Shown here: positions 1 through 8,645 of the stretch, piece by piece
How the letters are laid out: each line of letters begins with the position of its first letter
Position numbering within the stretch: the stretch's first letter is position 1
Assembly: GCA_049423385.1 (NCBI GenBank)
Contig: JBMSQQ010000106.1
Location: 1-10,851 of the forward strand
Direction: 5' to 3'
Length of the DNA stretch: 10,851 bases
Source of the DNA: Silvanigrellaceae bacterium
GTDB taxonomy: Bacteria > Bdellovibrionota_B > Oligoflexia > Silvanigrellales > Silvanigrellaceae
The notes under the pieces: model-generated
What the model was told of the DNA's origin: nothing
Databases searched by the model: none
The model's input: the letters and a program-made list of their open reading frames with translations, nothing else
Program-made: the position numbers and the translations under genes

Positions 1-3000
1 ACCACTTGGTGTGGTTCCGTCTTCGCGTACAATCGAAAGCGAAACCGTTCTGCCGGGGCCTGTGCTTGCGTCCACGGGATTTCCATTGATGTCGCGGAGC
101 TCAATGGCAGCCGAAAATTTGGTGGAGCCGCTGCTGTCGGGAAAATACCCGCTTTCAGGAATGGCGGCGGTTGTTCCGTAGTGGTGGAATTCCAAAGGCA
201 GGATGTTGAGTTCTTCCCAATTTCCATGGGCCGTCAATGCACCCTCGGTTTGATAATTGGTTTCGCGCCACTTTGCCTTGTAATAGCCGGCCCGTTTGAA
301 ATTCACCAGAAAACTCGAATCCGAAATACCACCCGTAAACATGTAATTCTGGTTTTTCGGTTTCACATTCTTGACTTCTTCGTCATTCGGTTCATCAAAT
401 CCGCCGGTGAAACTGAACTCCATGTAGTGATTCTCATTCCAATTCTGCAGATTTCCGTTGATATCGGTTGCCGCAATTTTGAACTGCACCTGAGTATTCA
501 CCAACGCCTGTCCGGCAGAATTCTTGAATCGCGTTGTTCCTGCGGATTGTTCGATTGGACGAAGTTGCGCCAATCGTCCAGGAACCACACGGATCGCGGG
601 GAGCACAGCACTCGGATAAACAGGAGTACCCGTTGAAAATGAGTATTCGGTGGAAGTCAGCCGCAACACGATTGTTCCCGTTTTGGTGCCCGAGATGGCA
701 TGGACTAGATCTCCATAGCTGCCACTGCCCACGACACTGAACGGGTTCACTCCGCTTCTGCCCGTGAGCGAGAATGGCGAACAGAGGATCGTCGTGGAAT
801 AGCTTGTGCAATTTCTCGAGTCTGAAAAAACCTCATTGCCGTGAAGGGCAGACGTCACGACCGACACTTGGCTGGAGACCAATCCCCAGTAATTTCCCTG
901 ATTGTCATATCCCTTCAAATACACACCGATGAAATCGCGTCCATCGGTCGAGATACTGTTGTAGGATTGCAGGGTGTAGGGCATCTGTCCTGCCGTTGCT
1001 TCAGTCACGGCATCAAAATCGGGTCCTTCTGCAACTGGAATAGTGAGATAATTGTTGGCGGAAATGCTGTAGCCCGGACGCACATCCTTGAGCTTTCCAG
1101 GCTGAACCGAGAATGAAGTCGTGTAGTTGAATGTTGATTGTTTCTCGAAGCCGCCAACAAGGTTCAGTGGCCTGCTGACATCGATCAAGTCCTGAGATGA
1201 AATGCTGATGCCCCAATTTCCAGCCTGCGGCGAGTGAAAGTAAGCCAACTTTGATGACGGGTTTTGAAACCAGTTGGTTTGATTTCCTTGAGTGCAAGTT
1301 TCAAAGCCCGAAACTGTCGAAACGCCGCTTGCAGGGTCGACAAGGGGACCCAATGGGGTCGGATTGCCTTGCATATAAACTGGAACAAGTGGTGGCCAAA
1401 ATGGGCGGTTTTGAGGGTTTGTCCATTGGACTGAAACATTTGTTGTCGAACCTTGGCAAGCTCCATTGCCCCATGCGTCCATGAGGGTGACATTCAGATA
1501 TGCAGCTTCGTCCGTTGTGACTGATGTTGAACCAATTTCGTTATTCTCTGCTGATGCGCTGATGCCGGAAACCTTGGTGCTGATTTTTGCAGGCCTTCCC
1601 GCAGTCACGTTGAATCTAATGTTTGCGGTCATGTTCAAAGAAGGCTCAGTCACTACAACTTCGTATTCTCCAGCGGGCCTGTATTTGCTGGTTGATGTGG
1701 GGTCGAAATTGTCCTTGAGCGTATCTCTGGTTTTGACCCAGGAAATGTTGCAGGAAATTTTGTTGCCATCCCTGTCCTTGCAAGGCTCCTCAAGCACATT
1801 CCATGTTGTTTCTGTTGCAACTGAACGAACGAAATTGCCGGCAAGGTCCGTCACCTCGGCGAAAAGAAAAACACCACCATAATCAACGTCGAGTGTATTG
1901 CATGCTTTATAGTTGAGGTACCCACTCGAAACGTTTGTATCGACGAAACTTCTCGCAAGGTTGGTGGTTTCGATGCTTCCATAGGAATATCCGCTCACAT
2001 TGACCCGGGAACCGAACCAGGCGCAAACCGGATTCAAAGTTTCCACAACTCCGCTCGGCCCCAAACGTTTTTCACGCACACCCACCAAAGCCGCGGGACC
2101 TGGCACGATCGTTATTTCCGGCGAAGTCCCCGTCACCGGCACTCCAACCGTAGGAACAAAATCCTGGTAGAGACCCAACTTGTTTTTGTAGCGGGAGCCA
2201 TAGGTCATTTCGACGTCGATCCGAGGCGAGTAGTTCGTGCCCGCTGCTGCTGCCGAGGTGAGCGCCGGACAGAAAACGAAGTCAACACTCGGCTTCAAAA
2301 TTCCCTTCTCGCCAGTTTGGGTTGCTGAGGTGAAACCTCCACCAGCCTGGTAATGATTCACGTCACTGTATCTGCGGGGGTTTGGTGTTCCGGCAGGATA
2401 TCCGGTACGGGATGCGAGATCAGGATAGGGCGGCGTAAAGGAGGCCATTCTTGCCCAATTGTTCGCACTTTCGAATGAATTGTAGGGAGTGAAAAGACCT
2501 CCGTTGAAATTGAGCTTTGGCATGACAAATCCACCCGCCGAGGCAAGATTTCCACGCAAGCCAATCAGCATTTGAACTGCTGCCCCATTGAGGGAGTCCA
2601 CCAGATTGCCCTGTGCATCCAAAACTGTCGTCCTGATCTCGTAGCAATTGCCGGCCTTGAGCGTTGTGGTTGCAGAATCGAAAACCCCTTGCGTTGAGGT
2701 TTCCTGCAGGAATTGTACGTCGAGCTTGGCGGGTTGTCCGTGGAAAATTTTCACATCGAATTGAAGTGGTGAAATTCCACCAGTGGCCGAACCCAAAGTC
2801 AGTACTTTGCTTGTCTTGGTTCCGTCGATGATTTCTGTGATTTTCTTGAATGACAAAGTGACGATTGAATTGGTGTTTGTCACCGTGCCATAGTTTGAAT
2901 CGAAAATATGGGTTGGGTTTGCTTCATCCTGCAGGTAATTTCCTCCGGAGTCCACAAGAGCTGTCGAGATGGTTGTGACGTCATCGATGCTGACGAGGAG

Positions 3001-6000
3001 TGGCTTGCTGAAGTAGTCCATCACCAGCGCTCCGGTTGCCGGCCCACCCGCCTTGTCCGCAACCACCAAACGCTGAGCCACTCCTTTGAGAATCTGCAAA
3101 GTTGTTGCAAAGGTACCAGGCAGGATTGTGACGCCTGTCGTGGTCTCGACAACCGACAACACGACAGGCCTCGACGCATCGCTGAGCAACCAGCCAGCAT
3201 TTCCAGCATCGGGAACAATCTCGCACTCCCCGGATGCGAAAGTACAAGTGTACTCCCTGTCAATCGGCAAATACGGAACCTGCCCCGTCCAGGATGGCAA
3301 CGTGACGGCCTCAAACTTGAATTTCCTGACGCCGCTGAAGTCTGTGTCCACATAGCCCAGGGGGTCAATTGCCAGAACAAAAATCTTGAATGGCAATCCA
3401 GCAGTCTCGACCGGCACACCAAGACTTTCGTCCATGTGGTTCGTCTTGATGGCATAGCGGTTGGCACCTGAGTTTTTAAACGTGATGGGCGGGGAGTCTG
3501 CAATGATTGTTGATGATGCTCCAGCGGTGAGCTTTCCCGTGCCAACGAACTTGCTCACAACTTGCGGCGCAGAATCAAATGGTTTGAAACTTGGATTTTC
3601 CGAAGGTGGAACAAGTGATGTCCACCGCCACGTCAAAGCCGAAACAACGTCTTCAAGATAGTTTCCGTATCGATCATAACCCGCGATAGCCATCGTCAAG
3701 GGCCGGAAGATTTCCTGCTGCAGGCTCTCGGTTGCGTGCTTGATCGCAAGATCTTCTCCCAATCCGCCTGTTGTGTCGCGAAATTTAAGTTGATTGAGTT
3801 GTTCACCGGCAATGGTCAATGGTGCGCTATAAAAGGTTCCTGGACCAACTCCTGGAATGTTGACCGAAACTGTTGGACATGAACGTCCGCTTCGCATCTC
3901 ATTTGTCACGACATTTCCGTTTTCTTTGCAGTCGAGGCCAATGGAAGGAATTCTATTGGGCATGCAAATGCATTTGAGGCTCAGGGTTTGAGACTGGGTT
4001 GAGTCAGAAACCAATTTGCCGACGTTGGAAAAATTCATGTCCCAGTCAAACGAATACTGTCCCTGCTCGCCATTTGGCGCGTCGAGGACACTCAGCGCCG
4101 TGACTTTGGCATTGGCGTATCGACTTGAATGATTGATCGTTGCGTTTCCCCATTTGTCGAACAGTGAGACACTCACCGTGAATGCCTGGCCGGCTTTCTC
4201 GATGCCCTGCGATTGAGTTTCCACCTTGGCTTGAACCGGTCTGCCGTGTTTCACTTCGTAGTCGAAAGCCTGTGCTGGAACCGATGAATCGGCAACCGAC
4301 AACACAAACGTTCCATTGCCCATCCGCACCGGGTACAACGGTTGTGTGTGAATGAATGTTTCGAGAGTTGCAAGAGGATGTGACAGCAGTGGATTGCGCT
4401 CAAGAAGCGCACCACTCATTTGCCATTTCACATCGGCAGGCCTGATGAAATTTCCGGCTGAGTCGGTGATTGTGGTGTAGAGGTTTATCGGTGAAGTCGT
4501 TCCACCACCTGTTGAGGGAGGATTCAATTCATCGGCTTCGAAGGTGAATTTTCGGCAGAGGTCTCCGACAAACATTGGCGGTGTGGTGCAAGCGTTCGTC
4601 GCAATTTCTCCTGTGTCTTCGCGAGAAATCTTGATGAGCGAAGGCGGTCCGAGGTTGACGATCACTGGCGTCGATGCCGTCATGCCATTGGAGGAAAAAT
4701 TGATGATGGGAGCAGTTCCTGTCGCATCATAAAGGCAGATGCTTTCATTGGGAGTGGCTTTGCCATAGGAAAATACGACGTTGGTAAGCAGGGATGTGCC
4801 TATGATCCTGTTGCCAAGATTGTCGAAATGGGCAACATCATTCAATGCTGGTGGCGTTTCAATCAAGCCGGTGATGGATATGTTGGCCTGGACGATGCCA
4901 TCCATTGTCGGCACAACGTTGCCGTTGGTATCGATTCCTTCGATATTCAGACGAAAGCATCGACCTGCCGTTTCCTTTCCGCCATTCATGGTCGAGACTC
5001 TCCAGCCCACCAATTCACCGGATTTGATTTCAACAGGAATCACAGATCCTTTTCCGCCGCTGGGTGAATCCAATTCTATTTTGAAGAGCGCAGGAAGTGT
5101 TGGGCGCAACGAGAATGCAGCTCTTGCGTCCACCGGCAGAAGCGCCTGAAACTCGGACACATTCGAGGTCCATCGGGCATCTGTCGCGTCCCCCAGCCAG
5201 TTTCCACCGTCATCCACCCAGGCCGCTGCAATGTCGACACGTTCACCGGCGACCATCGTGATGGAGGTCAATGGCCGTGCCCGCGTTGCATCACCTCCAA
5301 CACGATCCGCCATGACTGTGTTTGTGGGTTTGCTGCCCGGCTTTACCACAACAGTAGCCTCAAACTCCGGAGCAATTGGTTTCAGACCCTTGATTTTGTA
5401 TTTGAGCTCTTGTGCCAGTGTAAAATTGTAAGGACCACCTGCGAGCACACAGCGTCCCGCAATGAACTTGCAAGTCACTTCAGTCTTGAATCCACTTCCT
5501 TGCAGTCCCAACCATGATGCACCAGGTGAAGTACCCGAAAATGAGAACAACGCATCGCCTTCGTAGGTCGTCACAAGTGCACCGCGTTGGTCTCGTAGGG
5601 TGATCCAGAAATCAACGTTTCTTCCGGCAGGAACGACGTTTCCATCGTAACTGCTCTCGAGAGCGAAAATTCCCAAATCATTCGAGGAGGGAGTGGTGAA
5701 CACGGCAAATGCGAGCAAGTCGGGAAGCCCGCTGTTCGCAGGAGTGCTGGCCACGAGTGCAACACGAGCTCCGAAACGGGACGGGGCAATCACATTGACA
5801 AGGACTCGTCCGGCCGTGTCCGTCCGCACTCGCTTTGCACCATCGATCCGGCCAAGGTTGTCAACTTCGTCAAACGCGTCGGAAGTCTCTGTTGTTTTTT
5901 CCTTCAACGCCAGCCGCACAGAGTCGGCAGTCAATTCTCCGCTTATTTTTCCAACATCAAGCAAAGCAAGGTCGACGGGAGCACCTGGAACCGGCGCTCC

Positions 6001-6210
6001 CGTGCCATCCACAAACTGGAATTCAATCGGAATTTTTGCAGTTTCACGTGGAGAGATGATTTGCGAATCACCGACGAGGACTTCCAGACGAGCTTCGACT
6101 CCTCCGTTGAAGGCTGTTTTTGAGCACGAGAGCGCTCCCGCCATGGAAGACATTCCAACGACAGACACAAAGCAAAAATTTCGAATTTTTTGCTTGAGAG
6201 TGTTTTTCAC
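1..6210 (-). CDS. Giant surface lipoprotein with tandem bacterial Ig-like (D-x-x-G-N) modules, probable adhesin/scaffold; C-terminus lies beyond the left window edge (>=2070 aa)
   Basis: I read the minus frame codon by codon: no stop from 6210 to 1. An in-frame TGA at 6214-6216 makes GTG 6208-6210 the first possible start, with AGGGGT 5 nt upstream. N-terminus MKNTLKQKIRNFCFVSVVGMSSMAGALSC gives a basic n-region, hydrophobic stretch and lipobox ALS-C29 (6124-6126). Recurrent beta-strand motifs: WVDDGGNW, GIDTNGNV, ITDSAGNF, LFDKWGNA, GYDRYGNY, LVDSGGNY, VLDAQGNL, VTDLAGNF, LMDAWGNG, GYDNQGNY, ATDINGNL, LRDINGNPV. T/S/G/V-rich. Absent from the ORF track because it has no stop in the window. 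Confidence 0.93.
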   Translation of the reverse strand, partial: MKNTLKQKIRNFCFVSVVGMSSMAGALSCSKTAFNGGVEARLEVLVGDSQIISPRETAKIPIEFQFVDGTGAPVPGAPVDLALLDVGKISGELTADSVRLALKEKTTETSDAFDEVDNLGRIDGAKRVRTDTAGRVLVNVIAPSRFGARVALVASTPANSGLPDLLAFAVFTTPSSNDLGIFALESSYDGNVVPAGRNVDFWITLRDQRGALVTTYEGDALFSFSGTSPGASWLGLQGSGFKTEVTCKFIAGRCVLAGGPYNFTLAQELKYKIKGLKPIAPEFEATVVVKPGSKPTNTVMADRVGGDATRARPLTSITMVAGERVDIAAAWVDDGGNWLGDATDARWTSNVSEFQALLPVDARAAFSLRPTLPALFKIELDSPSGGKGSVIPVEIKSGELVGWRVSTMNGGKETAGRCFRLNIEGIDTNGNVVPTMDGIVQANISITGLIETPPALNDVAHFDNLGNRIIGTSLLTNVVFSYGKATPNESICLYDATGTAPIINFSSNGMTASTPVIVNLGPPSLIKISREDTGEIATNACTTPPMFVGDLCRKFTFEADELNPPSTGGGTTSPINLYTTITDSAGNFIRPADVKWQMSGALLERNPLLSHPLATLETFIHTQPLYPVRMGNGTFVLSVADSSVPAQAFDYEVKHGRPVQAKVETQSQGIEKAGQAFTVSVSLFDKWGNATINHSSRYANAKVTALSVLDAPNGEQGQYSFDWDMNFSNVGKLVSDSTQSQTLSLKCICMPNRIPSIGLDCKENGNVVTNEMRSGRSCPTVSVNIPGVGPGTFYSAPLTIAGEQLNQLKFRDTTGGLGEDLAIKHATESLQQEIFRPLTMAIAGYDRYGNYLEDVVSALTWRWTSLVPPSENPSFKPFDSAPQVVSKFVGTGKLTAGASSTIIADSPPITFKNSGANRYAIKTNHMDESLGVPVETAGLPFKIFVLAIDPLGYVDTDFSGVRKFKFEAVTLPSWTGQVPYLPIDREYTCTFASGECEIVPDAGNAGWLLSDASRPVVLSVVETTTGVTILPGTFATTLQILKGVAQRLVVADKAGGPATGALVMDYFSKPLLVSIDDVTTISTALVDSGGNYLQDEANPTHIFDSNYGTVTNTNSIVTLSFKKITEIIDGTKTSKVLTLGSATGGISPLQFDVKIFHGQPAKLDVQFLQETSTQGVFDSATTTLKAGNCYEIRTTVLDAQGNLVDSLNGAAVQMLIGLRGNLASAGGFVMPKLNFNGGLFTPYNSFESANNWARMASFTPPYPDLASRTGYPAGTPNPRRYSDVNHYQAGGGFTSATQTGEKGILKPSVDFVFCPALTSAAAAGTNYSPRIDVEMTYGSRYKNKLGLYQDFVPTVGVPVTGTSPEITIVPGPAALVGVREKRLGPSGVVETLNPVCAWFGSRVNVSGYSYGSIETTNLARSFVDTNVSSGYLNYKACNTLDVDYGGVFLFAEVTDLAGNFVRSVATETTWNVLEEPCKDRDGNKISCNISWVKTRDTLKDNFDPTSTSKYRPAGEYEVVVTEPSLNMTANIRFNVTAGRPAKISTKVSGISASAENNEIGSTSVTTDEAAYLNVTLMDAWGNGACQGSTTNVSVQWTNPQNRPFWPPLVPVYMQGNPTPLGPLVDPASGVSTVSGFETCTQGNQTNWFQNPSSKLAYFHSPQAGNWGISISSQDLIDVSRPLNLVGGFEKQSTFNYTTSFSVQPGKLKDVRPGYSISANNYLTIPVAEGPDFDAVTEATAGQMPYTLQSYNSISTDGRDFIGVYLKGYDNQGNYWGLVSSQVSVVTSALHGNEVFSDSRNCTSYSTTILCSPFSLTGRSGVNPFSVVGSGSYGDLVHAISGTKTGTIVLRLTSTEYSFSTGTPVYPSAVLPAIRVVPGRLAQLRPIEQSAGTTRFKNSAGQALVNTQVQFKIAATDINGNLQNWNENHYMEFSFTGGFDEPNDEEVKNVKPKNQNYMFTGGISDSSFLVNFKRAGYYKAKWRETNYQTEGALTAHGNWEELNILPLEFHHYGTTAAIPESGYFPDSSGSTKFSAAIELRDINGNPVDASTGPGRTVSLSIVREDGTTPSG
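451..5630 (-). repeat. Protein-level internal duplication: two copies of a six-module unit (unit 1 about 5630-3410, unit 2 about 3410-520) and the start of a third
   Basis: Colinear matches: SWLG..TCKFIAGRC / SWTG..TCTFASGEC; VMADRVGGDATRA / VVADKAGGPATGA; DDGGNWLGD / DSGGNYLQD; ETAGRCF..IDTNGNVV / LKAGNCY..LDAQGNLV; ITDSAGNFIR / VTDLAGNFVR; VKHGRP / VTAGRP; LFDKWGN / LMDAWGN; GYDRYGNY / GYDNQGNY. Confidence 0.8.
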
Positions 6211-6247
6211 GCCTCACCCCTGCCTGAGTCCGAGCCTCCTTGGGTTA

Positions 6248-6274
6248 AGTTCGGAAAATCAGGAGGAATCTTGA
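6248..6274 (-). promoter_or_regulatory. Putative sigma28 (FliA)-type promoter of the giant lipoprotein gene
   Basis: Minus strand TCAAG-N14-TCCGAACT (= TCAA-N15-TCCGAACT versus consensus TAAA-N15-GCCGATAA), ending 37 nt before the GTG. The same architecture occurs at 9376-9402. Confidence 0.55.
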
Positions 6275-6347
6275 GTTCCAATAGTGAGGTAAAATGACGG
6301 CTGTAAATGCCCTTTATCTTTTGATTTTATTTTGAATCTTACTCTGG

Positions 6348-6368
6348 AAAACTCCCGGAATTTCGGGA
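6348..6368 (-). terminator. Possible weak intrinsic terminator after the dehydrogenase-cytochrome gene
   Basis: Minus strand TCCCG-AAATTC-CGGGA followed by GTTTT, about 80 nt after the stop at 6447. The stem and U-tract are both short. Confidence 0.25.
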
Positions 6369-6446
6369 TGCCCAAACCTTTGAAGAACTGCAGGGCAAAT
6401 TTGAAGCCCGTTCATCCATGTTTTGGCGGCTGCGGGAAATTTGAAC

Positions 6447-8582
6447 TCACTGAAACAGAAGCTTTTCCAAATCATCCTGTGCAACGTAGAACGCATCGTA
6501 ATTGGCGCATGTCGCTTCCTTCACGAGATTCGATTTTTTTCCAACCACCACTTCGAGCATTTTTTGGCCACCCAAAGTCGCCGGAGTGTTGTTGACTGCA
6601 AGCACATGCGTGTCTGGAGCGAGGGTTGCACACACACCGTTGCCTGGCTGACCTCTTCTGAGTCCTTTCAACACAGGCTTGCTTCCGGCTTTCACCTTCC
6701 AGATGTTTTCGCGCTTGGGCATTGCCATCACAAATGCCTTCACGGCATCGAGTGCTTCCGAGGCTGCTTGAACACTTGGGTATGGCTTGTCGATGGGTGG
6801 CATCGCGCTTTTTCCGGGCGGATTCATCTTTGTGTAAAGCGTGCTGTTCTCGAGATCTCCAGGAATCACCCAGTTTCCCATCGAGAGAATATATCGCAGG
6901 TGATGCAGGCCATCGCCTGTGGCGTCGCCCGTGTTTGTGTAGTTGTCATGACAGCCTTCGCATTGTGCGGAGATGATCACTTTCTTCACCAATGCGTCAT
7001 GGGTTGCCTTGAACTCCGGGGTTTCGCCAATGATTTGGGTGTATGCCTTGGCGAAATTGGGTCGCGGTGCAGGGCCTTGTGTGGCGACTTCGCGAACGGG
7101 TGTGGCGAGTCGCAAAATCGCGTGCGACTTGTCATCTGCAATCCAAATACTTCCATCACTTGCTTGAGCAATGGCAACAGGAGCACCACGGGGGCGGAAT
7201 CCGGGTGCATCATACCAGCCATGAATAACTTCTTCCGACTCTGTTGCAGCGGGAACTTCGGGATAGGCTCTGACAAATGCTGTGGTGCCACCCGAATTGT
7301 CGTCGTCACGATAGGCACCTTTGCCCGTGCGGACAGGCAGGCCTGACGCGTCTGTTTTGAATGCTATGATTCTGTGCCCTGCGCTCCTGTAGCCATGCAG
7401 CGAGACCAACAACTTGTTCTTGAGACTGGGGAACATGTTGCCGCTGTATTGAATTATTCCCAGCGGTGAACTGTGCGGAGGCAAAAAAACATAAGGTGCA
7501 CGGTATTCAGGGTTGCGAGCCGGATCGCAAACGAACGAGAATTTTGCCCATTCTTCGCTGGTTGAATTGTAATCGTAGCAGTATGGCCATCCAAAGTGCG
7601 GCACACCACCGCGACCTTCGAGATCAGCTTTTCGAATGACGTTCAATTCCTCAAAAGGTCGGGTTGATTCATTGAAGTCTCGTCCGTTCTCGACTTGAAT
7701 CAGATCGCCCGAGGAAGTGAACATCAGCCCCATTGAGTTGCGCAGACCGCGGCCGACAATGGAATAATTGCTGTCCCACTTCTTTGCCAGGCTGCCATTG
7801 TATTTGTATTTGCGGATGACGGCGCCATGCTCGCGAATATCCGATGAACCTTCAGTTCCGAATTTGATGTCGGCCTCGAGACATTCCTTTCCTTTGAAAT
7901 CAGAGCAGTGGTCGGTATACGCGCCGATATTGATGTACATGTTGAATTGTGCGTCGAACGCAAAATGTTTCAGCGGGTGCATGCTGTTCTTTTGGCCATT
8001 GCTGATCATTGCCGGCAGGTTTGTCACGACGTCAACAACTGCGCTCGCTGGAATCGCTTGCGTTCCGTTGATGGCTGAAATTGGAAATGCACGAACTCGT
8101 CCATCTTCCGCGAAGAAGATATGGTTCTCGGGTCCTGCCACAAGTTGATGCGGGACAGAGAGCCCGGTGAGAATCGGCGTCATGACGGTGGTTGCAAAAT
8201 TGCCTGTGCTTTTGAGGTGCCAGATTTTGCCATTCTTGTTGTCCCAGTTTGCAAAATCACTGATGAGGAATTCATTTTTCATTCCCGGAATTTCGATGAT
8301 AACCCGGGGATGAAACGACGCGTCGTCGGACTGCTTGACCAGTCCCACACAGGAACCTGCCATGGTTTCTATTCTCAGCGTGGGAAATCCGCCGCAGTTT
8401 GTATCCGAGGGGTTGAGAGCGTATCCACTCTTTATGACCCGCTGTGCAGATTGTTCCTTGTATGGAATTTCGCGCGTGCTGCTGCTGGTTGTTTTCGTCA
8501 TCTTGCACGAGGTGAGTGTCGCGGCGCAAACCAGCGCGATCCAGAAATGTGTTGAAGTCATGGCGAAGCGGATATTTCGCAT
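6447..8582 (-). CDS. Lipoprotein: PQQ-dependent sugar dehydrogenase (glucose/sorbosone dehydrogenase, GSDH-type beta-propeller) fused to a c-type cytochrome domain and a small C-terminal domain
   Basis: 711 aa. Lipobox LTS-C26. Family motifs GRGLRNSMGL, HFGWPYCY, PPHSSPLGIIQY, LLVSLHG, GAPVAIAQASDGSIWIADD. Heme motif CEGCH (6948-6962), followed by VIPGDLENSTLY..M....AMPP (candidate axial Met at 6801-6803). GGGA lies 6 nt upstream of the ATG. Confidence 0.9.
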   Translation of the reverse strand: MRNIRFAMTSTHFWIALVCAATLTSCKMTKTTSSSTREIPYKEQSAQRVIKSGYALNPSDTNCGGFPTLRIETMAGSCVGLVKQSDDASFHPRVIIEIPGMKNEFLISDFANWDNKNGKIWHLKSTGNFATTVMTPILTGLSVPHQLVAGPENHIFFAEDGRVRAFPISAINGTQAIPASAVVDVVTNLPAMISNGQKNSMHPLKHFAFDAQFNMYINIGAYTDHCSDFKGKECLEADIKFGTEGSSDIREHGAVIRKYKYNGSLAKKWDSNYSIVGRGLRNSMGLMFTSSGDLIQVENGRDFNESTRPFEELNVIRKADLEGRGGVPHFGWPYCYDYNSTSEEWAKFSFVCDPARNPEYRAPYVFLPPHSSPLGIIQYSGNMFPSLKNKLLVSLHGYRSAGHRIIAFKTDASGLPVRTGKGAYRDDDNSGGTTAFVRAYPEVPAATESEEVIHGWYDAPGFRPRGAPVAIAQASDGSIWIADDKSHAILRLATPVREVATQGPAPRPNFAKAYTQIIGETPEFKATHDALVKKVIISAQCEGCHDNYTNTGDATGDGLHHLRYILSMGNWVIPGDLENSTLYTKMNPPGKSAMPPIDKPYPSVQAASEALDAVKAFVMAMPKRENIWKVKAGSKPVLKGLRRGQPGNGVCATLAPDTHVLAVNNTPATLGGQKMLEVVVGKKSNLVKEATCANYDAFYVAQDDLEKLLFQ

Positions 8583-8605
8583 AATTTGTCCCGATAAAAT
8601 ATAGT

Positions 8606-8645
8606 TGCGGATTCCTTGAATTTAACTGAATTCAGGGAATCCGCA
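8606..8645. repeat. 17-bp inverted repeat (one mismatch, 6-nt loop) in the leader of the dehydrogenase gene
   Basis: TGCGGATTCCTTGAATT-taactg-AATTCAGGGAATCCGCA; imperfectly extendable to 8590-8658 via CCCGA/TCGGG. Confidence 0.85.

Noticed and set aside
181..6274. About 20 short ORFs in the track (e.g. 181..636, 1466..1882, 2908..3471, 3021..3545, 5693..6274)
   Set aside because: All overlap the continuous 1..6210 minus-strand CDS; they are antisense or off-frame shadows with no recognisable motifs.
6353..8295. Identical 13-mer TCCCGGAATTTCG at 6353-6365 and 8283-8295
   Set aside because: About one 13-mer match is expected by chance in 10.8 kb, and one copy is in coding sequence.
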